A DNA stretch of 64,000 bases. Origin: Octopus vulgaris. Lineage: Eukaryota. Position numbers and translations under genes: made by a program. Where the stretch lies: contig OX597820.1 in the NCBI GenBank assembly GCA_951406725.2, positions 113,088,001 through 113,152,000 on the forward strand, given 5' to 3'. This document shows, piece after piece, positions 53,762 to 64,000 of this stretch. The notes beneath the pieces are model-generated. The model did no database searches and was not told the origin of the DNA. It was given only the letters and a program-made list of their open reading frames with translations. Numbering within the stretch: position 1 is the first letter of the stretch; each line of letters opens with the position of its first letter.

Positions 53762-55047
53762 TTGGGTTGGCAACTAAATTCCCACTGTTTTTTTAGATTT
53801 TAGAATTTATTGCGTTTTTAAATTTTGGAATCTATTTTTATCGAGAATTCTATTTTTGAATCATTTTGGAATCTATTTTGTTTTTTCTAGTTAATTTTAG
53901 GTAATTTTTGTTTATTTTCACTTCATTAAAATAGAATGTCAAGTTAAGAAAAACGAGCATTTTCGACACCTCCTACTTTTTGCTTTTAATCAAGGTTCTA
54001 AGGCCGCAAAAGCTGCTCGCAACATTTGTGCTGTGTATGGAGAGGGTGCCATAGCTGAAAGAACCACTCGTGATTGGTATGCCAAGTTCAAAAATGGAAA
54101 TTTTGACCTCAAAGACGCACCTCGTTCTGGCCATCGAGTTGAGTTCGATGAAGAGCAATTAAACCAGCTTTTGCACGAAAATTCTCATCAAACGACAAGG
54201 GAACTGGCAGAGAAAATAGAATGTTCCCACACGGCTATAGAGAAGCATCTTCACCCGATAGGAAAAGTTCAGAAGTATGGAGCATGGGTTCTGCATACTT
54301 TAAGTGACAACAACAAAAATCAACGAGCCACAATATCCGCTGGTTTGCTTCTTCGTCACCGCTCAACTCATGGACACAAGCAACGATTTCTTTACCGAAT
54401 CATTACTGGCGACGAAAAATGGTGCCTGTACATCAATATGAAGCAGCGTAAGGAATGACTTAGCCTCGGTAGCGACACCGCGCGTGAAACAAGATCTTCA
54501 TCCGCGTAAAACGATGTTGTGCGTATGGTGGGACTGGGAAGGGATTATCCATTACGAATTGCTTGAACGGAACCAAGCGGTCAACGCAGAACTCTATGTT
54601 CAACAGATGGAACAACTCAACACAGCTATTCAAGAGAAAAAAACCTAATCGACAGCATGGAGTTCTGCTGCATGATAACACCCGCCTTCATATCACCAAT
54701 ATGACCAAAGAAGCCATTCAAATGCATGGCTGGGAAGTGCTGCCACACTCGCCGTACTCTCCTGATTTGGCACCAATGGATTTCCACCTCTTTTGATCTC
54801 TTTCAAATGCTATGCATGGAGTTTCGTTCAGTACTAATGCAGAATTGAGAGCTTGGTTGGATCAATTTTTCGAGTCGAAATCGGGTGAATTCCACCAACG
54901 AGGTATTAAAAATCATGTTGAAATTTGGGATGAAGTTGTAAACAACAAGGGTGAATACATTATTGATTAATTAGTTGTTATTTTTTTATTAAACCTTTTA
55001 AAAAATTTAAATTTAGAAAAACGGCGTGAAGTTAGTTGCCAACCCAA
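53762..55047 (+). mobile_element. Full-length mariner (DD34D) with a mildly decayed transposase
   Basis: TA TSD; TIRs ttgggttggcaactaa / ttagttgccaacccaa; length 1286 bp. Motifs ITGDEKW, LLHDNT and HSPYSPDLAPMDFHLF; one stop and frameshifts. Confidence 0.92.
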
Positions 55048-55049
55048 TA

Positions 55050-56385
55050 GTTGTGATCTGACGGAGTCTTCTGGCTTATCAACAATCTTAATGTTGAGTT
55101 TGGCCTCCTTCAGAACTTTCCTAAATCTTTGGGCTAGCTTTCCATGGGCTGTGGCCTCTACAAACATCACTCCTTGACATTTGTTGGTCTTGTACTGCGA
55201 ATTTACCCTGTTTGCTTTGTCACAAACTCTTTATGTCCTATTCCAATCTTAACTTCTATATCTATGACAGGTACTACTAGTTTCATTACGTATAATGCTA
55301 TCTAACTTCTTTCTAGCACCACTGTATACCTGAACATGTTGGTCCTTATCCTAACTAAGTCTGCTATCAGTATGTTGATTTCCATGTTGTGTGACAAAGC
55401 AGATTTCTTGTGAACAACATATTTAGAAGCTATGAGTTTCATGTAATAGCAGTGGAGGAGCTGCATTCTGTTGTTCACAGTCTCTAACCAAAGTTCAGTA
55501 TCAAGAACAGGAAGTCTATTGTTAGGGTGCCTAGTGGGGTAATCTGTAGTTGCCTTAATATTTTATTGGATGGAGTTAGCTTCGTGCTGGATGCCCTCCA
55601 TTATGTTCCTCTCGGTTTCTATATTACAGTGACTAGAGTTTGTCCTAACTACAATATAAAGCAAAACAGTTGTGGATTGTTCTGCCTAGGATTGTTTAAG
55701 TTTTCTGTCCCACCAGGTCATGAAGGGGCCGGTCACATCTCCAGCCACACCGACACCAATGACTGCCCCTTGAACCTGTTAAACTTTACTATGTGGCTCT
55801 TCAAGGTGGTTCTTATGCTAGCCTCTGTTGCACATGCAGTCATTGTTTTCACCTGGCTGTTGTTCACAGGGTCTTGGGTGGGTATGATTCAGCCACTCCA
55901 GTGCTCTGCTGAGGTGATCGTGGGTGGTCTCCCTTTTTGTGACCTACTGGTGCAGAATCTACTAATGTCATGGCTATCTAGGTAGTTATAGTCATAGCTT
56001 AGTTGAAGGAGGAGGCCCAGTTCCCTCGTGCTGACTTCAAGGAACTCTACTTCACTCTCACAGATAATCTCATTGCAATTTTCCACAGCAAAATAGATAG
56101 GTAGTGTGAAACTACATCCATACTAACCACTACACAACTTATGAGGTCGCTGGAGTGGTTGCAACTACTGATTCTAATGAGAAGTTCGTCTGTACTCACA
56201 CAGACATCTGGGGTCATTTCCGTGAGTGGTCGTAACACCTTTGAGAGGAAGTAGGATAGCATATAATTGCTGGAGATATTCACTCCACAAACTGGCCGTG
56301 TTTGGGGCCTCATAACAGGGTTTACGTAGGGTTTATGGTCCTTATGTAACCTGTATAGCGTAGGAAAATCGTTGTTGAATGCGTC
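55050..56385 (-). pseudogene. Decayed Penelope-like RT (non-Naiad lineage)
   Basis: PTLYRLHKDHK..TRPVCG, VVSMDVVSHYLSI, GRPPTIT, MFVEATAHGKLAQRFR..IKIVDK. Confidence 0.7.
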
Positions 56386-56484
56386 TATATATATATATAT
56401 ATACATATACATACATACATACATACATACATACATACATACATACATACATACATACATACATACATACATACATGCATACAT

Positions 56485-57265
56485 ACGAGGTCTGATCAAT
56501 AAGTATCCGGTCAGTGGCCATAGTAATGAAGCTAAAGCAGACAGAGTGAAGATGCTTAGCACAGATTGACCTTAAACTCTGCTGTGCATTTGCATTACGC
56601 TTTAACATTCTAGCTCACTTCTGCCGTTTACAACAGTGATTGAAAGGAACGTGTGCAGCGTGTGATCGTTGCATTGACCATGGCAGACAACAATGCCATG
56701 GCGATACCTGCTCAGAGGCCTACGCAAAGTTGCAGAAAGTGTATGGAGAGGAGTGTATTAGCCGCACACAAGTAATATGAGTAGTTCAGACATTTCCAAG
56801 ACAGCCGAAAAATGTCGATATTGACGAACATTCTGGGAGACCCACAACTAGCAGAACTGAGAAAAACATCGCAGGTGTGCATGCAACTCTGAGGGGAAAA
56901 CGTCAAATTACCATCTGTGAGTTATCAGCGGATGTACAGATTAGTTACGGTTAAGTTCAGTCCGTTATCACAGAAGATCTGGGTATGAGACACGTGTCTA
57001 CCAAGTTTGTGCTAAAACCGCTTTCAGCTGACCAAAGAGGCGCTTGGGTTTCAGTTGCCCAAGATCTTGACTGCGTTGAGAACAATGGAAACTTTTTGAA
57101 AACTTTGTGTAGGCTTCTGAGCAGGAATTACCAAGCTTTTGACCAAATTTGTTGCAGATTTTCTGCTCAACTTTTTCTATCACTGTCAATGCAACGATCA
57201 CACGCTACACACCTTCCTTCCAAACACTGTTGTAAACAGCAGAAGTGAGCTAAAATGTTAAAACT
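56485..57265. mobile_element. Mariner-derived element with an inverted duplication of its 5' region
   Basis: TA-cgaggtctgatcaataagtatccgg terminus; HTH remnant with MRHVSTKFVLKPL. ~56600-56680 is inverted at ~57185-57262. Confidence 0.7.
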
Positions 57266-57269
57266 TTGT

Positions 57270-57797
57270 GCGCAGACACTAAGTTAACTCTGCCGCCTAC
57301 ATTGAGGTCCTGGAAATAATCGTTAAGCCCTGGATAGACAGTGTATGCAATGAAAGGCCATATGTGTTTCAGTAAGATTCTGCACTATCACACATGGCTC
57401 TAGTAAAACAGGAATGGATGGCTGAAAATTTTCATGATCACATAACCCCTAACATTTGGCCTCCTAATTCCCCAGATCTCAATCCATTGGATTATTGCAT
57501 GTGGAGTGTTGTTGAGAGAGAGACAGACAGAGGTCAATGAATACGCCCATAACACCAAAGATACTTTGAAAGCTACCATAGTCAGAGTAATGTCCAACAT
57601 GAACCAGGACCACTTGATTCGAGCATGTAGATGATTTAGATCTCATATAGAAGCAGTTGTTGAAGCTGAAGGTGGCTTTATTGAATAACATTAAAGAAAA
57701 GGACGTTTATTTCTATCTTCATAGCATAAATAAATAAATAATATATCTTTTTTTTATAAACATAAATCTGTCCTCAAATATCTTATGCGCCATTGTG
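57270..57797 (+). mobile_element. Tc1/mariner (maT/DD37D-like) transposase 3' fragment
   Basis: YVFQ*DSALSH, IWPPNSPDLNPLDYCMWSVVER, RSHIEAVVEAEGGFIE*. Confidence 0.8.
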
Positions 57798-58541
57798 ATA
57801 CAGTATCGCTCAAACTATCGGATGTTGTTACACACCACCAATCATGATGCACTTACTCACAGTGTTGTAGCCTCCAGATAATCTCACGCCACTGCTTATG
57901 TAGACAGGCCAATATTCTCGCTGCGTACAAAGCCAGTCCGTCACAGGGTTACCCATTTACAGCTAAGTGGACTGGAGCAATGTGAAATGAAGTGTCTCAG
58001 TTTGACTCCTTACACACAACACACTCACACACAGACACAGTCTCTCTCTCCCCCTCTCTCCCACGCTCTCTGTCTCTCTCTCATACTCTTTATTTCTTTC
58101 TCATTTTGTCACCAGTAATTTAACAGTTACATTAATCTCATTATTCTGGGTGGAGTTGCAACTGTCTTCCTATGATTATCTTATCAAAAAACTACTGTAC
58201 AAACTAAATTAAACTGTATTGGATCACACTAAATGAGCCAACAAGAGGCCCTCAACACGGTTGATCAATCAGCTAGAGAGAGCAGACATTATTTTCTTAT
58301 ATTACACTCTATCAACTTAGAAATAGAGACTCATTAATTGGATAATGTATTCCTAAGTGGATTTTGTCTGAAATTAAACGAATACAAGATGGTGCCATTT
58401 AGGATTGCTTTAATCGTAATTCTACACAATCAGAACTGACCGAAGACTAGTACATTATTTTATCAACCCTGAAAGAAATACAGCTAAGCATTTTGCCCGA
58501 TATGCTTGTTTTCCTGCCACCTTAAAAGTAATAATAGCAAT

Positions 58542-58575
<34 letters not shown>

Positions 58576-59312
58576 GTAATAATAATAATAATAATAGTAA
58601 TATCTCCATGTGACTGGTTGCATTCCCAAGACCTTTTGTATATTCCATAAGCAAATTATGAATATTAACATTAATAAATAAATCCAAGCTTCCTGAAACA
58701 GCTGTCAAGTTAAGATATTATGTATTTTCTTAGTATTCTGTATATTGTTTTGCACTGAGTAAATCTATTTGTATATATATGTATATATATGTGTTTATCT
58801 TTCTGAATATATGTAGATATATACATCAATGTGTATGTATATATGTGCCATTCAAAAAGTCTCTTCACCTGGGGCAGACTTTTTAAATGTGCAGGCATGG
58901 CTGTGTGGTAAGTAGCTTGCTTACCAACCACATTATTCCAGGTACAGTCCCACTACATGGCACCTTGGGCAAGTGTCTTCTACTATAACCTCAGGCTGGT
59001 CAAAACCCTGTAAGTTGATTTGGCAGATGGAAACTGAAAGTAGCCTGTTGTATATATATGTATGTGTTTGTGTGGATGTGAGTCTCTGTGTCTGTGTTTG
59101 TACCCCTGTCACTGTTTGACGACCAGTGTACATGTGTTTATGTTTCTGTAAATTAGCAGTTCAGCAAAAGAGACTGACAGAATAAATACTAAGCTTAAAA
59201 AATAAGTTCCCAGGTCAATTTGTTCAACTAAAACCCTTCAAGACATTGCTCCAGCATGGCTACAGTCAAATACTAAAACAGGTAAAAGAATATAAGAATA
59301 AAAGAATGTATA

Positions 59313-60065
59313 TTGGGTCATCCAATAAATAATGTGGTTTTGGGAATTGCATGAACTAAAAGCCGGCAGGGGACAGGATACACTACCTACATCAACTTGC
59401 TATAAAAATAGGTAGTAATTTTATCTTGTTCTTATTTTTAGCGCAAGTTTTGAAGAGTGCAGTTCGATTTTAACAGTTATTTTTTCAAAGTTATAATGGA
59501 AGTGACAAAGGAGCATATTCGGAAAATGCAAGGAATATTAATGCAGTGTATGGGGATCGGACAATAAGCGTAAGCCAGTGTCAACGGTAGTTCCAGAAAT
59601 TCCAAGCTGGAAACTACAGCCTAGAAGACAAGCCTCATCCTGGAAATCCTGCAAACCCCGGCGGAACAAAATCTCATCGTAACTTTTAAAGAACTGGCAG
59701 AGAAGCTTGGATTTGGTCATTTAATCATTCAATGATACCCGTGTGCCATCAGAAAAGTCAGCAAATTGAGTCAATGGGTTCCTCACAAACTTTCTGAGTC
59801 TAATCATGCGCAGAGAGTGAATGTGTGCTCTTCTCCGCTGTCATGTCTCACGAATGAATCGTTTTTGAACAAAATAGTAACGTGTGATGAGAAATGGGTT
59901 CTCTATAAAAAGGTCAAGTGCCGAAGACAATGGGTAGGGAAAGGAGAAACACTGGCACCCCAGGCTAAAGAACGTCTTCATCGACATAAGGTATTGTTAC
60001 CTGTTTGGTGGGATATGAAACGTTTAGTCCACTTTGAACTTTTAAACCCAAACAAAAACGATAAC
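59313..60065 (+). mobile_element. Mariner 5' half, decayed
   Basis: TA-ttgggtcatccaataaataatg terminus; QWVPHKLSE, IVTCDEKWVLY, VWWDMK. Confidence 0.85.
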
Positions 60066-61904
60066 AATGGACAAACAACAGACAGCCACTCTACCAAAAT
60101 TATTACTATAAATTCTTCCTATGACCTTAAGGAACACACACATACATAAACAGCCACAACCATACACATATACACACACATGCACATACACGTGCAATCA
60201 TTACACACACACAGACCTACGTGCCCGTACATACCCACATATACCTCCTTCTCTTGCACACTCTTCTCTTAGAAAGAACTTTTCCTTCACCTATTCCCTT
60301 TCGGTCATTTCAATATGTGACTGCGTGTGTATCGTTGGCGATTTTCTTTCTCTGTCTTCCCTTCTTTGGACTTTTTCAATATTTCTGATGAAGAACTCCG
60401 CTCAAAACCTGAAATCCTCTTTCTTATGTTTCCTTCATCAGGTTGTGACACTCCTGTCACAACCTGGGACCTTCAAGACTGCTATAATGCAAAAAAAGTA
60501 TACTAGTCCCTGAATATTTTATATTCAATATTTCATCTATTCAATAAGACAATCAATACTTCATTTCATTTTACTATATACATTATTTTTATTTATATAT
60601 TCTATATCCTACATTAATATTATAAAGAATATAAATAAAACATAAAAAACAGAGTTGGAATTTCTTTGAATAATATATCCCTCTATACACAATCATACAA
60701 AGCCCTTTATATATATACATACATATATATACATATATTTCTATGTGTGTATTTTTGTGTTTGTCCTCCCCCTTCCCACCACTTGACAACCATTGTTAGT
60801 TTGTTTACGCCCTTGTAACTTAACAGTTCAGCTAAAGTGACTGATAGAATAAGTACCAAGTTTGAAAACAAGTGCTGGAGTTGGCTTGTTTAACTAAACC
60901 CTTTAAAGTGATTCCCCAGCATGGTTGCATTCCAATGGCTGTAAGAAGTAAACAAATAAAAGTTAAAAGAAGATTGAAAGATTGTGTTGGGACCTCCCAA
61001 AAATAAACAACACTCAGTATATAGTGTAAAGTGGTTGGCATTAGGAAGGGCATGTAGCCATAGAATCTTTGCCAAAGCTGATGTTGTAGACCAACACAGC
61101 CCTCAAGCTTGTCAGATGCTGTTCAAGTGGCCAACCCATAATAGCATCGAGTACAGATGTTAAATGAACGATGAGTTCCATAGCCGTCTGTTGTTTACAT
61201 GTAGCTCTGTTAGATATTTTCTCCATCCGTTTAAGGCAGCTCCAATGCAAAAGAAAGTTAGAAATGATTTCCCTGTTTCTCAATTAAGACTCTCCATTCA
61301 TTTCCATTACTTGACATTTTACTGTTCATGTCGTTATTACTTTATTGCTTATTTTTATTATTTGTATCATTTGAATCGTTAAAAAAAGATTATTCCAATT
61401 TTCTGTTAGAAAATCGTTATTTGTTTCTTCTTGTGAAACAAATGTATTCTACTGAAGAATTCATTTTCTGTTTTTTAATGTCCTCTCTTTGTAGATATGT
61501 GCTTGTTTTCATTTGTAATTGTTATTATTGTTGTTATTGTTGTTGTTGTTGTTGTTATTGGGGTGGGGAGGGCATTTTGTTTGTTTACAAGTAGTAGAAA
61601 AGAAAAAAAAACATTTCTTCACAAACCAATTTTTTCCTTTTACCCCCCAGCATGGAAGAATTAATGCATACGATTAGATTCCTATTTCCTTATTAAATAT
61701 GTTATCCCCATCTAGTTTCACCTGGTGATAATCCATCATGCAGGAGAGCTAAGTGAATATCTTGAAGCACCACCACTACCACTACTACCACCAACACTAC
61801 CACCACCAAAGCTACAACCACCAACACTACAAACATCACCACAATCATCACCAACACTACCACCAACAACCATACCACCACTACTACAACAACAACCTTT
61901 TTAT

Positions 61905-62966
61905 TGGGCACACTGGCCCATAGAGTTAATACAAAATCAACATCAGAAGTTTATGGTGACGATGAACCATCATACGACATAATCAAATACTGGCATCGCC
62001 AGTTCAAATGTGGTCGGATATCAGTGGAAGCTGCTCCTATTCTTGAACGACCACATTCCGCCATTGATAACGACACCATCCATAAAGTGGAAGCCGCCAC
62101 CTTGGAAGATAGTCGCATAACTATTCAGCAAGTAGCCCAAGAAGTGAAGATAAGTGTAAGATCCATAGAAAAAAATCATTCACGGCCATTTGCACAAGCG
62201 GAAATTGTCTGCGTGATGGATTACCCGGATGTTAACATCTTTTCAGAAGCAGAAACGAGTCAATCGTCCCCAGGCTCTTTTGGCAATATACCAAGAAACC
62301 GAGGACTTTTTCAGCAAACTTATCACACAGGATGAAATATGGGTCCATCACTATGATCCTGAAGTCGAAGCAATGGAAGCATGATAACTCACCACCTTCA
62401 AAGAAGGCTCATGTCTAACTCTCAGCAGACAAGATGGTGCTCATAGTCTTTTGGGACTAACGCGGAGTAATGATGATAGATTTTCTGACAAAGAGTACCA
62501 CAATTAACTATGCTTCTCTGCTGCAGAAATTGCGGGACACCATCAAAGCAAAAAGGTATGGCATGCTGACCAAAGAAATCCGCCTCCTCCAAGACAACAC
62601 CTCAGTTGACAATGCACATATTGCCCAGATGAAAGCACACTTCTGCGGCTATGAAATCCTTCCTTATCTCCCTTATTCTCCTGACCACGCACCATCTGAC
62701 TTCCACCACTTTCCAACCATGAGGTCTTTTTTGAAGGAGAACTACTTTTCGGATAATGATTAACTTATTTCCAAGGTAAAGTCTTGGTTCCAGACACAAT
62801 CTACAGACTTCTACTGACGAGGTCTTCACAGCTGCATAAAGCGATGGGAGAAGTGTGTCACCATTGGTGGTGGCTATGTAGAGAAGGACTTATAGATATA
62901 CCAAGTTTCGTTTATCCCAGTTCTTTGGAAGTGGGCCAGGGGAAATATTTAATGAACACTCCCTCG
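61905..62966 (+). mobile_element. Mariner, 5'-truncated and decayed
   Basis: WHRQFKCGRIS, QDEIWVHHYDPE, LLQDN, LPYSPDHAPSDFHHF; 3' TIR ...aatgaacactccctcg-TA. Confidence 0.85.
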
Positions 62967-63768
62967 TATGTATGTTCTTCTCTTTCTCTTTTTAATTTTA
63001 AAATGAATTTTTACCGGATCCCTACTCGGTAGCAAGGTTGTGAAGGAAAGTTATCTTCTTTTAACCATCATTCTTTAAATTTTAAGAAGGTTTTGCAGAC
63101 TTTTATCGTCCCAGATATCATGGTCATTTGTAACATATGAATTAAGGATTTGCATTCTCTCCCCAAGATCCCATTTTCACACATACTTTGCTCTGCATGG
63201 GTTGGTATGTATGTATGTATGTATGTATGTATGTATGTATGTATGTATGTATGTATGTGTGTATGTATGGAAGACGAATTAACATTGATGGTGCAGTGTC
63301 TCTCTCTTTGGGTCCTACAAGTCTGTGAGATGCCCAAGTACCATCAGTCATGCCATAGACTAAAAGGGGCCCAAATTAAGGGTTTAGTATATCTAGGTTA
63401 GTTCTAGTGTATTTACTACCACTGTTTGCTTGCTCCATGCTGAATATCAATGAAGTCAATACAAAGATCGATAAGAGATATAACAGTGCTGTGATCGTGT
63501 GGCAGGCAGTGTGTATCTAGGTTAGGGAAATATCGATGTTATAACAAGACAAAGAGCTAGCAACATTGATTGCTATATAACGTTCTTTTGTATTGGATCT
63601 CACTGCTGCTTCCAAACGATGTTGGCGGCGGAGACTAGGAATGTGGGTGTGGCGTGGGCAACGGGGAAGTGATGCTGCTGTTGTTGTTATTGTTGCTGTT
63701 GTTGGTAGTTGTGGTGTTAGTGGTGGTGGTGGTGTTAGTGGTGGTGGTGGTAGTGGTGGTGATGTTGC

Positions 63769-63800
<32 letters not shown>

Positions 63801-64000
63801 ATGATGATAATGAGAAGGAGGAGGAGGGGAGAAGAAGGAGGAGGAGGGGAGAAGAAGGAGGAGGAGGATGGCAATGATAATGGCGATGGTGATGATGATG
63901 ATGATCAAGATAGGGATGATGATGAAAAAGAAGATGGCAATGAGGATGAGGGAGATGACGGTGGGGTGATGTTGAATGATGAAGATGAAGAGGAGGGGGA

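Overview
This is an AT-rich, microsatellite-dense eukaryotic intronic or intergenic window. Its repeat repertoire (tRNA-derived and CORE-type SINEs, RTE LINEs with (GAT)n tails, mariners, Helitrons, Penelope-like elements) suggests an invertebrate, most likely a cephalopod such as Octopus; this is inferred from repeat content only. Almost all six-frame ORFs are microsatellite artefacts. The one long intact ORF (10276-12402, minus, 708 aa) is a Penelope-like retroelement (PLE) of the Naiad type, encoding RT, a Cys-rich linker and a GIY-YIG endonuclease. It is flanked by inverted pseudo-LTRs that carry a hammerhead ribozyme (HHR) motif. The window also holds a near full-length RTE LINE missing its catalytic core, a twin-primed 5'-inverted RTE, Tx1/L1 and R4/Dong fragments, several decayed Tc1/mariner copies, Helitron pieces and many SINEs. 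The most notable unexplained signals are: (i) a set of PLE hammerheads, several with a non-canonical CCGANGA core; (ii) several long inverted repeats and hairpins; (iii) a chain of small candidate exons on the minus strand (27, 49 and 90 nt), one enclosed by a 65-bp non-TE inverted repeat. No host gene can be named.
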